64,000 bases of DNA from Eledone cirrhosa (GCA_964016885.1 OZ024745.1:133672001-133736000), one strand, 5' to 3'. Positions 42,156 to 55,448 are shown, counted from the stretch's first letter. The notes: generated from the letters alone by a model not told the origin. A program made the numbers and translations.

Positions 42156-42338
42156 GGGCGGTGAATTGGCAGTATTGGTAGAGCGTCAGACATGCTTTCT
42201 AGCGTAGTTACGTCCCTTTATGATCTGAGTTCAAATCCCGCCGAGGTTAACTTTGCCTTTCAAGCTTACGGGGTCGATAAAATAAAGTACCAGTAATACA
42301 CTGGGTAATTGCTGGCCTTGTGCCAAAAGTAGAAACAA
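42156..42338 (+). mobile_element. tRNA-derived SINE
   Basis: Consensus match with B box gagttcaaatcc; attattattaatga on both sides; a degenerate copy precedes it at ~41940-42120. Confidence 0.88.
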
Positions 42339-42359
42339 TTATTATTAATGATTCATAAT

Positions 42360-42800
42360 CACGAGTGATGGAAGGGAGAAGGTTGAATTAAGTGCAAAAA
42401 TTGCAAAAGCTGATGCAGTAATGAACTAGTTTCAGCATTCAGTAATCAGAGAAGGGAGGTAGGTGTAAAAGCCAAACTCGCTATCTTCAATTTGGTATTC
42501 GTGCCAACCCTTACCTGTGGTCATCAATCTTGGGTAATGACCCAAAGAATACAATCGAATACAAGCAGCCGAAATGGTGTTCCTCCGAAGAGTCTTTGCA
42601 GTAACGCTACTCGAATGAGTGTGTAGCTCGGAGATCACAGAGTCGTTCCAGGTAGAGCTACTACTTCTCCGAGTTGAGGGATCACAGCTCCGATAGTTGA
42701 ATGGCTCCGGAAAAAATCGTTGGACAGATTTTACGGGCAAAACCTACCGGCAGGAATCTCAGAGGTGGACCCCGAGCAAGATGGCTGGATGATATACATG
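42360..42800 (+). pseudogene. RTE-clade LINE RT C-terminal fragment
   Basis: Frameshifted translation AKLAIFNLVFVPTLTCGHQSWVMT..AAEMVFLRRV..SSEI..SQLR..GRNLRGGPRARWLDDI. Confidence 0.85.
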
Positions 42801-42943
42801 AGCTTTTAGTTTTATATACCTCGTCCAAGATCGAAGGAATGGGAGGAATGGATTTCCTATAATAAAAAATCCTTTACGTACATATTTCTCTTTCTTTCAA
42901 TGGGTACCATTCTTAGTATTATATGTGCGTGTACGAGTAAATA

Positions 42944-43012
<69 letters not shown>

Positions 43013-44414
43013 GTGTCTGTGTATTTGTGTGTGTGCATGTGTCAGTGTGCTTCTGTGTTTCGGTATGTGTCATTGCATGTGTGTGTCTGTGTGTTTACAT
43101 TATGATACAACCATGAGGTAGAAAGATAGAGGAAATGAAAGCAAGGTTGAAGGTAGAGAAATAGAGATGTATGCAGTTTCCAACGTTATCAACTTTAACT
43201 GTAACCACATTATATTTTTAAGAAGTTAAACATGAACAAAGCCAGACCAATACAGCAGTCAAAACAAGTTATCTATATTTATATGATACTTAAATAAATC
43301 GCTGTGTACTATAACAAATCAAACACGTAACTTTCTAGAGTCCAAGATATCTGACAAATATCAACACACCTATAGTCTAGGCAGATTGCTTTATTCAGCA
43401 TTTCAGTTAATAGCACTTCTTATCAATGTCGTGATTATTAATTTAATAATAGGTTTCTCATCAATAACTTCTTAGAATCTCTATTACACACTTCTTCAAC
43501 TTAAATTCATATAAAACATTGAACATAGCGTATATTATATCAGCTACACAATAACGAGAAGCGAAACTCTATTTCTCTAGTTCTTTTAGTCTAAGATGGA
43601 ATTGATAAATATTGAGATAATGATCAGTTTCCGTAAATATGAACGTGTGTGACTGGAAACTTTATCTCAGTTGATGCGTTCGATACACTTTTGAATACAG
43701 GGAATCGCAGAGTAAAGAAGGAAATATTTTTCAAGCTAATTATATTTCCTAACAATTCTGGTGATAATTAATGAATTAGTTGTGAAATATAATCAGATAT
43801 TGGTGGCATTCACACAGAAACTTCTTGATTTTAATAATATTCTTCATCTATAGAATGAAAACATTCAGTATGGTGATTGGCGGCTGTTTTTTTATGACTT
43901 TTTTAATTGTGCGTTAGTAAACAAAATAAAGTGGAATAATATAGCAATAAGGACTATTTTAAAGAGTCTGCTCCATTAAATCAACGTCTATATATTCCAT
44001 AGAATACTTGATACTGCGATGAAATTATGAAACAGTGATATAGTGATTAAGTTCCGAGCAAATGTTTTTACTAAGTTGTATTTCCAGTTGAAACTAAACC
44101 ATTACCTTCTTCCAATTCCTTTCTTTTTATTTTCTGTTTTCTTTTTTAGGGGGGGGGGGGTTCAACAAAAGACGCAAATTTTATGTTGTTATCTGTCATC
44201 CATAAACGTGTATCAACTATATTTGAGAAAGAGAAGTTATACAATGATAGAAATATGAACTAAGTAATGGAAAAGGTTGGAAGGGGTGAGGTAGGACAGG
44301 TCTGGTTGTATAGGAATTTAGAGGAAAGGACTATAAATAATTGGTATTTTTAATTTTATACACAGTTTAAAATGTTTATTTTCAATCCCCTGATTAACGA
44401 TTTTACTTTCACTT

Positions 44415-44532
44415 GGTGAAATGTTGTGGTGTTTCACATGGTGAAATGTTGTGGTGTTTCACATGGTGAAATTTTGTGGTGTTTCACATGGTGAAATGTT
44501 GTACTATTTCACATGGTGAAATGTTGTGGTGC
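44415..44532. repeat. 25-bp minisatellite (ggtgaaatgttgtggtgtttcacat)
   Basis: About 4.6 copies. Confidence 0.9.
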
Positions 44533-44635
44533 TTCAAGTACATTAATAAACTTATTTATTTATTTTAAATTTGTATAGGGTGTAAATATTTCATTTTGAA
44601 TTACAACCTAAATTGATTTTTCTGAAGCAATATTT

Positions 44636-44968
44636 GTTCTTCTTTCTTCTTCTTCACATACTATATCCTGAGAGGGTGGTTGGGGCAGACTCGTCAAATA
44701 CTCCTTTCAGTGGGTCCTGTCAGAAGCAACTATCTTCAACAGATCCAACTGGATCCTCAAGCGAGACCAGACATGCTCTGGGATGTTATCCAACATTCTT
44801 GTTCGGAGTCTGCCCTTCGGTCTGCTACTGATTGTTTTTGCTCATTAAACCTGTTCCACGATTCTTTTCTGAGACAATCTAACCACATGCTCATAGTATC
44901 GGACCTGTGATCTCTCAATTCCCAGAAATAACGGCTCTATCTGGAGTGTCTCACTGATCTCCAAGTTT
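44636..44968 (-). pseudogene. RTE-clade LINE 3' end with (GAA)n tail
   Basis: Minus translation LEISETLQIEPLFLGIERSQVRYYEHV..RPKGRLRTRMLDNI..ASDRTH; gaagaagaag tail; homologous to the 42360 fragment. Confidence 0.8.
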
Positions 44969-45832
44969 CTTTTTGTTTTAATTTTGTATAATATTTGTAC
45001 TACTAAAACAATGATAGTGAAGCATCTCTAACTTATGTTACTTTGAGGATCAGGAAAACTGACTTGAAGCAGGACTTTACCCTCAAAATCTCATTATTAC
45101 TCTCTAAGACACCTTCTACTCTCTAAAATAAACTCTACATCACCATATTAATATAAGTTGAAAGGTTAACATTTACTTTTCACAGCTTAGAAATGTAACA
45201 GCTTAGAAATGTAACAGCTTGGGAAAATGGTATGATTTAGCTTCTTTGTACATAAGAGAAATGTTAATATTTGAAAGAGAGTATCCACTTCGCTGACATA
45301 TTCAAGAGAATAGTTTCTCCCCCGACAAAATTCCCTTCAAAAATAATTTACAAATGATAGAAGTATTTAATCCGCTTTTTATCTCTTCCTCCCTTCATTC
45401 CACTTTCTCTCACTCTTCTTTATTGATAGTGTAACAACCTTTCTATTTGTAAACTCCTCCATTTGGTAGCAGACGAAACACTATTGTTTCCAGGATATGC
45501 ACTCACCTGGAGTTCACACCGAACACGTATCAACATTCCAACATAACATGATACATGAATCCCATCATGTTTATATTAACATCTCCAGTTAAATATCTGA
45601 GGTAGAATGTTGTCATTTGCAGACAAAAATTATAGATTAACGAGACATAGTAGAAATATGCTGCTTCAGGTTAATTACTTCTCATTCGTATATCACCTTT
45701 TTGTAGCTTTCGAGAATTACGAAGTGTGAACATATATTTCGGTATGCAGTTACGTTTGCATAGATTTTCAGTTTAAGGGTGCTATATTCTCATCGAAATT
45801 GACGTCTCAATTATCTTACTAGAGATTATAAT

Positions 45833-46013
45833 TGTTTCTACTTTTGGCACAAGGCCATAAATTATGCAGTGCATTACTGGTACTTTATTTTATCGACCCG
45901 GTTGGGACGAAAGGCAAAGTTAACCTCGGCGGGATTTGAACTCAGAATGGCAAGGGCCGTAATGCGTCAAAGCATTGCGTCCGACCCTCTACCGATACTG
46001 TCAATCCACCACC
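45833..46013 (-). mobile_element. SINE with perfect 18-bp TSD
   Basis: cttactagagattataat at 45815-45832 and 46014-46031. Confidence 0.9.
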
Positions 46014-46449
46014 CTTACTAGAGATTATAATATCGTTATAACCCACCCACTCCTGTACAAATTTTGTTATTGGTAATACTCTTACGTATGATAAGGTAGT
46101 ACAACCAGGTTGAATAAAACTAACTGGCTCTTTGGTTAGTTTTAGTCTTCATTTCTAGGTTAAAATTCTACCAGGTTTAAATTTATTTTTATCTATCTGT
46201 GGTTGAAAGAATATAAGTATGAATAATCTATTAGGTTTTATTTAAATGACAAACCTCTTCTCAACAAAACCATGATATCGCTTTGCCAGAAGAGTTCAAA
46301 ATCAAAGATAATTTAGAAGCTACGTAAAATACAGGTAAACCTCTTCAACTATATTTACCACTCGAATTCTTCATTGGATTGTATCTAATACAAATAAGAA
46401 TGGGTTTTGCTAATATAATTTCCCAAATGTAATAGAGGTTTTAGTCAAT

Positions 46450-46658
46450 AGGGTGGTGGAATGGCAATATCGTTAGTACATCGAATAACAGGCTCCATGG
46501 CATAGAGTTACGGCCCTTTACGTTCTGAGTTCAAATCCCGCTAAGGTTACGTTTACCTTTCATCTTTACAGGGTCGATAAAATAAAGTACCAGTAACGCA
46601 GTGGGATCAATTTAATCACTGTCCCCTCCCAAAATATGTTTGACCTTGTATCAGAAAC
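46450..46658 (+). mobile_element. SINE, long variant
   Basis: gggtggtggaatggcaatatcg ... gagttcaaatccc ... ggtcgataaaataaagtacc. Confidence 0.82.
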
Positions 46659-48565
46659 CTATATAACTATTTACAATCACATTTATTAACTTCTGTAAGA
46701 AAAAACGCCACCATTATAAATATTTTGAACATTTATTGTATTCACACAACATATGTGAAATTTCAGCAGAGAAATAATTTTCAAAATCACAGTCCTGTCA
46801 GCATAAACTGTCCAAATCCCCATACTTGCTACCACATCACACAATGGCTAGCGAATATATTCATAAAACCCTGTCCGTTATTTACCAATCATTCAATGCC
46901 ACCTCATAATGTACAGGTTTTCATTGCCTATCCACCGATAAAATAATACAAACGCATTGATACGCACATACATTCTTGCATGAGCATGAGTGTGTGTGAG
47001 TGAATATGTATGATTGCCTCTGAAGGTCTTGCCCCGTATTGTTCCCAACAATAATACATAAAAGATGTAATGTGCACACATTACATAAAAAGGGATGTTT
47101 TACTGCGCCACATTGATTTGCTTCAAGCAATTTGTACAGATATATTATAAAACGAGGTGTAAAGTCTGACTAGAACTGATGAAGCATATTACACTTTATA
47201 TCTCATTAATGTTTTTTCTTCTCTATCTCTTTATCATGCAGAACCTCATCCAAACAGCTATTCTAATAATTCTATACTTCCCTTCTCTAAATATCAGACA
47301 GCAGCTCACTTCCAGAAACATCACCAATTTTCATCACTACTACATTCAACAAAGCCATTGTCAAGAAAAAATCAATAAAACATCTGGACTTGTTTTCAAC
47401 AAAAACCTGACCTCTCTGTCGCTGAAAAACTCTTTCGTCAGAATGTTTTCCATGAGACCACTGTTGACCTTTACTGCATCAAAATAAAGAGGTTATCTTT
47501 GAAATATCCTATACAATCAGTCATATTTTATCTTATTTTATTTTATTTTTTCTCTTCAGAAACGAAATTCGCAATTCAACAAATGGAAGTGAAAATAATT
47601 TTCGATTTTGTCTAAAAAAATAGTTAGGCTGTGAATTCTTCCCCGAAGGAAATCAGCTGAATTTGTATTATTATCTCTATTTTGAAAGTCAAATTCTTCT
47701 CTAATTTTGTCTAAATATTCGTTGTCATCCCTAAATCATGAAAATGATTAATGATAAACCAACAAAAATGTTTATGTTACATGCGTAATGTTTGTTTCAT
47801 AGTTGTTTATCTTTCTGTTCTATTATATACAACATGGATGATTCATAACAATTATGAGGCCATTTATTATAATCATATCATAGAATAGAATGCAATTCGC
47901 TATTTCATTTCATCTTCAATTAGGTGTGTATATGAATGCGCTATTATCATAATTTAAGATTAAAACCAGCAATTTTACGTTAATCGTAGTGGGGTTTTTT
48001 CTCATACCGGTTGCTGTATATTTAAACAGTAATATGTTATTTTATTTAAAACTCAGCATTGATTTAGTTTGTGATTTCATTATAGAACTTAGAAATATAT
48101 AACTTTAATACAGAGTGTTAGGTTGTATTTATTCCGATATAAGGTAAACAGAATTTTGAATGAGGAACATGTTTTTCTTCAATTGTTAAATATATATAGC
48201 GAGCCAAATGGCCAATTGGACGAATCCATGGGATTAGCATTCTTTTCACTTTACATATAAATGAATAGTTATTTCTAACACTAGGGTGTTGGTATCTTAT
48301 CATAATATAAAACAAAATGATGAGTGAATGTGTGTATGTGTGAATGCATGGATAATATATGTTTACGGCAGTTATTTGTGTATATAAAGACAAAAAAAAC
48401 GGTTCTGGAAGCGGAAAATGTTGCGCAGTATGTTATCCTTCTACACATACACGCATATTAATATATAAATGTATGTATTTGTGTGTGTGGGAGGGGATAT
48501 GTGCGTGTGATATATATATATTGATTCAAAATATTAACAAATATAGACATTCATGTGATCAAGTA

Positions 48566-48632
48566 TATTTTATTATACATATTTCAGAGGTACTGAGCTA
48601 TTTTCAACAGTACGTCCTCATCAGATAAAATA
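48566..48632 (-). ncRNA. Minimal hammerhead in an orphan PLE-like 3' tail (~48520-49030)
   Basis: tattttat CTGATGA gga-c-gtactg...cagtac-c-tct GAAA tatgta TA ataaaata; stem I identical to the 18042 ribozyme. Confidence 0.85.
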
Positions 48633-49449
48633 AGTTGATTCTTGACATACCTTGACTATGTTGATGTTTAAAATTCAGTCAAGGCAGTGAATTAGTTATG
48701 ACAAAACTCAATATTTATATACCTTAAGATTGAGACATGAAAAAATTACATATAATACAGAGGGTGTGTGTAAGAAAGCTTATAAAGATACATAATAATA
48801 ATAATAAATAATTACTAATATAATATAAACCTACATAACTGTTAAAAATTTAAATAATTTAAATAAAGTAATATATGGATAACATATTATTGTAGAAAAA
48901 AGAAGTGAAAGACGGAGAGAGAAATAGATGAGGAAAAAGAGAATGACTAGAAATATAGAATTATCATATGCACGAAAGCAAGAGATTGTGAAACTTTATT
49001 CATTGATTTATTCATTGAACCTTGTTTAACCTTTAATTATATATATATGTGTGTGTGTGTATGTGTGTATGTAAAAGGTAAACAGAAATAAAAACACAAT
49101 CGGTACAGTATATGGAATGGATATATTAGATTAACGCTTGATTTAGCAGGAAGTTTCGGACGCTAGTCCTTCATCAGAAGAGAGAATGAGAAATAAGATA
49201 GATTGAGGGGACGAGCGGGTTGGAATTGGAAAAAAATGTCTTTAGATAAAAATAACAGGTCCATTCGTGTTGACATCTCTTGCAAAACATATATATATAT
49301 ATATATTGAGTTTATGTTGGTTGTATACCAACACCTCAGTATACAGGCTGGAGCACTCGACGAAGTGCGCAGGTTGGTTTGGTTACTCCGGAGTAGTGTA
49401 AAATAAAGTTAAATAAAAGTCAAATGATTAAAATTTAGCTTCGTTTATT

Positions 49450-49504
49450 ACTGCTATATATATTTCAGTGACAGCCATCTTTGGCTGTGACCTCTTCAGG
49501 CAGT
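49450..49504 (-). ncRNA. Minimal hammerhead in the PLE 3' region
   Basis: actgc CTGAAGA ggtcacagcca-aaga-tggctgtcact GAAA tatata TA gcagt. Confidence 0.88.
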
Positions 49505-49748
49505 TTGAATTAGTATGGTATAGACAAGTACATATGTTGTTTAGGTGTATGATATTGTCAATACTCTGATATCCCCAGTTCCTTGTTGGGTTGTTAATTC
49601 ACTGGGGAACTGGAGTCATATGACTCCATTAAAAGGTAAAAAATAAGCATGAATGCATATAATTAAAGGAAAGAGGTACTAATAAATGTTACTCTATATA
49701 GAATTATAGTGAGTTTCTATTTAGAATATTTAAATAGGTTTATAGTAT

Positions 49749-50921
49749 TTAATTAGGTTTATAGTATTTAAATGTTCTTCGTATACGGTGATTACAAACT
49801 ATGATCAATTCCTGCCTTTTATTTAATAAATCGTCCTTAGATTTAGTAATTTCAAAGTTCTCCCCTGAATATAATCTGCATTCCCTCCTGTTCCCAAGAT
49901 ATGGAGTTCTTTGTAGAATGGTGTTCCACGATAACTTGAAATCTATTTTTTTCTTTTTATAATTATTTACCGCTTCAGATAAAGATGTGGTGTTAGCTAG
50001 TTTAGAATTGTTGAAACTACTAGAGTGTGCGTAAAATCTTTTCTTAAATGTGTTTGATGTAGATCCTATATATGTTTTGTTGGAGTCTGTAGTAGACACA
50101 GTGCATTTATATATTACATTGTTAATCAAACAGTTTCCATTTAAGGGGCAAATGATTCTATTTCTGCAATTACAGCCATACGTAAGATGGTTGTTGGGGG
50201 TGCCTATACTATTCTCATTAATCCTTGAGCTATTCCTATTGTAATTAATGATAGCAGAAGAATGAAGGTTGCTTTGTGGGTGGTTTGGTGCTAGGGTTGT
50301 ATTGTGATTTTGTGTTCTGTTGTTTTTGCGTTGGTTATTTGGGTGGTTGTGTTTTCTAGGTTGAAGGATTTTATTATTTGCCTTTTTAAAAGGTGCAGTC
50401 CTATTTAAATCATGTTGTGGTGGTGTAGTCATATTATTTTTAAGGTTATAAATGTTGTAGTTGCTTATTTTTTCCTGGCGATTGCTGGATGTAGAGTATG
50501 AGAATTTAACAGTATATTTGTTAAACATTTGGTGGTATCTGTGGTTTGGTGGAAAATGTTTATGTAGAATTTCAAAGAATTTTTGGGGGATTTGTCCAAT
50601 AGTTTGCAGGTTGAAGGGTGCGTTGTACCATATTATGTTTCTTTTGAGGTTTTTAGTTAAGTTCTTATTACCACTTATATTATTGTGTTGTCTTCTAGAA
50701 GAATTCCTATGGTTAGTATCCTTATTTGTGGAATTTGGTAAATTACCGTGGTTGTATTTGGTGTTATTTTGGGGTAGATTATGAGATTTTGAGCGCTTGG
50801 TATTCATATGTGGGTTGATAACATTGGTCATAGATCGTGTAGTAATAGTTGTTGTGATTTTTCGGTTGTTTGGTGTAATAGGAATAACCACTTTAGGTAT
50901 TTGTTTCAATGGTATTTTCAA
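49749..50921 (-). CDS. Penelope-like linker + GIY-YIG endonuclease, RT lost by 5' truncation
   Basis: RNIIWYNAPF..HFPPNH..FNKYTVKFSYS; CNCR..CPLNGNCL..VIY..YIG..FKKRFYAH..ECRL..E..LLNKRQE..CNH; collinear with the 18930 ORF. Confidence 0.9.
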   Translation of the reverse strand: MKIPLKQIPKVVIPITPNNRKITTTITTRSMTNVINPHMNTKRSKSHNLPQNNTKYNHGNLPNSTNKDTNHRNSSRRQHNNISGNKNLTKNLKRNIIWYNAPFNLQTIGQIPQKFFEILHKHFPPNHRYHQMFNKYTVKFSYSTSSNRQEKISNYNIYNLKNNMTTPPQHDLNRTAPFKKANNKILQPRKHNHPNNQRKNNRTQNHNTTLAPNHPQSNLHSSAIINYNRNSSRINENSIGTPNNHLTYGCNCRNRIICPLNGNCLINNVIYKCTVSTTDSNKTYIGSTSNTFKKRFYAHSSSFNNSKLANTTSLSEAVNNYKKKKIDFKLSWNTILQRTPYLGNRRECRLYSGENFEITKSKDDLLNKRQELIIVCNHRIRRTFKYYKPN

Positions 50922-50958
50922 TGGTATATATATGTATATATAAGTTTTAATATAGATG

Positions 50959-51009
50959 AGATTCTACAGGACTAGAACTGTTTGATACTTTAAAAATCAT
51001 CAGGAATCT
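50959..51009 (-). ncRNA. Degenerate hammerhead (GAAA mutated to CAAA)
   Basis: agattc CTGATGA tttttaaagtat cAAA cag-ttctagtc-ctg TA gaatct. Confidence 0.6.
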
Positions 51010-51027
51010 GGCTGTCCAAAATAAATG

Positions 51028-51063
<36 letters not shown>

Positions 51064-51098
51064 CATTTATTTATATATATATATGTCCAAAATAAATG

Positions 51099-51129
<31 letters not shown>

Positions 51130-51133
<4 letters not shown>

Positions 51134-51582
51134 TGTCTGTATCTATTTGAGGCAGATCCAGGTGGGTTCCTTCAACGTTTCCTAACTCAGAATGAAACCA
51201 GAGAAAAAGTGACAACCCATTCAGTTGAAACAGCCCTCCTCACCTGCTCCAAAGAAGGTCAAGTTTCTTTCATCTGCAGGGAAACTGTTGGGCTCGGTAT
51301 TTTTGGTGATGCTAAAGGCATTGTATTTATTGAATACCTTGAAAGGGGCTACAGCATCAATGAAGAGAACTATGCTAACTTTCTGATGTATTGAAAGGTT
51401 ATCAAGACCAAACTCCCGAGAAAGCTTACGAAACGTGCATTTTTTCATCAATAATGCTCCAGCACACAGGTCCTTGGTTTCAATGGCTGCTATGCGTGAC
51501 TCTGGCTTCCAACTGGTTGTTCACTCTCCCTATTCTCCAAATGTAGCCCCAACTAACTTTTATCTGTTCTCAACATGATAAA
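51130..51582 (+). pseudogene. mariner (DD34D-type) transposase fragment
   Basis: DAKGIVFIEYLERGYSINEENY ... NAPAHRS ... HSPYSPNVAPTNFYLF, matching mariner HDNAPAH and HPPYSPDLAPSDF motifs; stops and frameshifts. Confidence 0.9.
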
Positions 51583-51584
51583 CA

Positions 51585-51643
<59 letters not shown>

Positions 51644-51705
51644 GATGCATATATGTATGAGAAGGAAAACTCTCATATGAAACCTACGAGTTGATGGGAA
51701 CCAAT

Positions 51706-52061
51706 GATTACCCAGTGTATTGTGGGTACTTTATTTTATCGACCCCGTAAGGATGAAAGGCAAAGTTAACCTCGGCGGGATTTGAACTCAGAATGGCAAG
51801 GGCCGTAAGTCTTTGCGTCATTTCATAGCGTCCGACCCTCTACCGATACTGCCAATCCACCGCCCTTGTATAATAATTGTTTCTACTTTTGGCACAAGGC
51901 CAGCAATTTCCCAGTGTATTACTGGTACTTTATTTTATCGACCCCGTAAGGATGAAAGGCAAAGTTAACCTCGGCGGGATTTGAACTCAGAATGGCAAGG
52001 GCCGTAACTCTATGCGTCAATGCATGGCGTCCGACCCTCTACCGATACTGCCAATCCACAG
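51706..52061 (-). mobile_element. Two head-to-tail SINEs (51706-51863 and 51878-52061)
   Basis: Both match consensus; second is flanked by cccttgtataataat at 51863-51877 and 52062-52076. Confidence 0.9.
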
Positions 52062-52469
52062 CCCTTGTATAATAATGCCACCTACACAAATTACATAAAT
52101 TTATAGGACAATTATATAGATATGTAGATATGTAGATATCTTCAATATATTCAATGTTTATATATCTATTGTATTCCTCCATTAATCTATTTTCAGTCGT
52201 TTCTATCATGCCTTCCTATCTCCATGGCGAATTACATGTTTATTATTAATATTTAGAGTTATTTCCCCGTAGAGTTGTCTCCGCTGTTTTTAAAATCCAT
52301 ACAATACTTTTGAGAATGCTCTAAATGTGTCACATATATATGTGTGTGTGCACGTGTGTGTATGTATATATATAAACACAGACACATACAGACATTATAT
52401 ATATATATATTTCTTCATCATTATTTTCCATTTCTTCTTCTTCCCGCTTTCCTCTATCTTTCTATTTAT

Positions 52470-52514
<45 letters not shown>

Positions 52515-52535
52515 GCACACGCACACACACACACT

Positions 52536-52618
<83 letters not shown>

Positions 52619-54297
52619 TTACCATAATTATACGATTTTAACGTGTATATAGGCTCGATTTATAGGACTCTCAAGGGTGATTAATTTCATTTGAGATAAA
52701 CAAGTCATAAAATAGATAACTTTAATTAATAGCAGATTCTACTGATAACTAAATTATAGCCTTAGCTATATCAAACATATATCATTAAATGTTCTAATAA
52801 ACCAAATAAGGTATCATTATGTTTTTAGAATTCTGTTGTGTGTTTTCACTATTGTATGCCATATTATTGTATGTCATCTTATCTGAGCCTTTCCAGTAAC
52901 AACACAGTTCCGACAATAATAATTATTTCTATCAGTAATAGCAGAGAAATAATAATTTTATTTTATTTCGAATATGACCTATTGTGTAGTGTTATTTGTG
53001 GTAAAACGCACCTACATTTAAATAAAATTTGAAGTTTGCTTTTTTTAGTGAGACTTGGGTAGTAACGTATCACAGAACGTCGTTGAACATTCGGATATCT
53101 TAAACTTCTCTCTCTCCCTACCTCCCCCTCTCTCTCTCTCTCTCTCTTTCACCCCCCTCCCTCTCTCTCAGTAAAAAGGCGACTAAACTTCTTTTAAGAC
53201 ACCTTTCTCTGCAAGACACACAACATTATATAAAATTAAGCGACCATTTTGAAACAACTGTTTACTTGGGATTGGTTTATTTACGTGTCTTATCATCTTG
53301 CAGCTTAGTATTATCAGGCAGATCGAATTAAGTATTTGGTTAGCTTTCACAGTTCTGGTCAATTTGTGTGTATAGTGATCATCCAGCTAGAACCTATTAC
53401 CTCCATTTTTAGGAAGAAGCAGAGACTTTTAAAAGTATTTCGCTTCTTTGGTTATGTGAAAAATGCAAAGAAGCTTGCACTTTCATTCGCCGTTTGTTTT
53501 GCTAAACCGTGAATAATATGTTTAGCAAATGATGAATATGTTTCATAATGATACACATTATATTCTTAATAAATGATTTATTCGAGGGTTCTGAAATGAT
53601 CAATAGCCGAAATTTCGAATAACAAATATCAGTTCGGATTGTAAATATCATCATTGATTTAAAGTAACCACGTAAGAACTGATGTGATTTCAGTGAGAAA
53701 ATAAGAGATTACAATCAATAATGGCAGCTCTAAGAATAGAAATCCAAATTATTCTATTTACGCTGAGTTTCTCAGTCTATATTTCTATAAATATTTCTAT
53801 AAATATTTCTATAAATATTAACAATGTTACATGGTCTACTTGATAACGTGTTGTGTTAGTAACTCTTTCAAAGATGATCGTTTATAATAAACTAAACTAA
53901 TCAACATTCCATTATATAATGTTATATCATCATAAATGTATCTGCAACTTTCTCGAACATGATTCTATCCGTATGGATTAATATATCATCAATACGATAT
54001 CACATTTAATTCGTAATATCTGTATGTTGATAATTAATATTCCCATCTCACTGCTAAATAGATATTTGATTTGCTGAAGCTACATTCTAGGCAAGATTAC
54101 CTAGCAATTTCTTCTAACAGTTAGCCTTTCAGTAACATATATATATATATGTACATATATATATATAACAACTAGAAATTGATTAACATATAAATAAACA
54201 TATGAAACAATCACAGGGGATAATTTTTACAAGCCTTTCTGGCATGACACCCATAATTTTGATTTAGATTAAATTCATTTTGATTTATCTTAATTTT

Positions 54298-54360
<63 letters not shown>

Positions 54361-54646
54361 AATTCTGACGACGATTTCAGACGTCTCTGTCGAGCTCGTC
54401 TGTCGTTGTGAAACCTTTGGTAAATGGAATAATTGTCTAATGTTGTTTATTACATAACTAAATAGCTCTGTAGCCTACATAGAGCACTCTGCTTTCCTTT
54501 ACCTTTCCTACGGAAACATTTTATATATATTTATATGTATGTATGTATTTATGTATGTATGATGTATATATATATATAAGAAAATGAGTTGTTTTTTAAG
54601 GAAAAAAACGAGATGTCCTACACGAGTCAACGTCGATTTTTTTCCT

Positions 54647-54679
<33 letters not shown>

Positions 54680-54688
54680 ATACATATA

Positions 54689-54775
<87 letters not shown>

Positions 54776-54940
54776 GTACTAGACGTAAAGCACTGTATGG
54801 TGTGTATTTCTTCAAGTATTATCAATACGGAGTGTCAAACGGAGTGTCAACATTATAAATGAGACGCTTTAAATGTACCTGCTGTATTTTATAATCCTGT
54901 TCTACGTATTTCGAAGATGTCAAAATCATTACATAATAGT

Positions 54941-55116
54941 TTTGCACCCGTCAGATGAAAACACGTCAAACGGTTATCACGAAATCCCTTCGACATCTTC
55001 GATATACGTATAACAGGATTATATAATAAATTATATAATCCTGTTATACGTATATCGAAGATGTCGAAGGGATTTCATGATAACCGTTTGACGTGTTTTC
55101 ATCTGACGGGTGCAAA
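54941..55116. repeat. Near-perfect palindrome, 86-bp arms, 4-nt loop
   Basis: tttgcacccgtcagatg...ggattatataa TAAA ttatataatcc...catctgacgggtgcaaa, one mismatch seen; third partial arm at 54890-54921. Confidence 0.92.
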
Positions 55117-55448
55117 TTACCTTTATGAATAACTTTCTATATAATATGCTCAGTATTTTCACTTTATGCAATAACCTCTTCACAACACCTAATATTTTGA
55201 TATCTGTATAATATAATATCATTTTGTCACTCTTGCTTTTCAATATGATGTCACTGACACTGTCAATAGTAATGTATCTTAATGAATGTTCTGAGGACTA
55301 GGATTATAATTACTTGTTTAAACATCGTGTATGCTCCGATGAATCCTAGAGAGTTGTCTGGAAGAAACGATCGCCAGCAATTAAATGTATTAAGCATAAA
55401 TTTGATTGTTTTATATTTTGTATATATATATATATATATTTTTTTTTA

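Larger units (their letters stand above)
49290..50925 (-). mobile_element. Second 5'-truncated Penelope-like element (Naiad-type)
   Basis: ORF with GIY-YIG domain, downstream hammerhead, TA runs at both ends. Confidence 0.85.
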
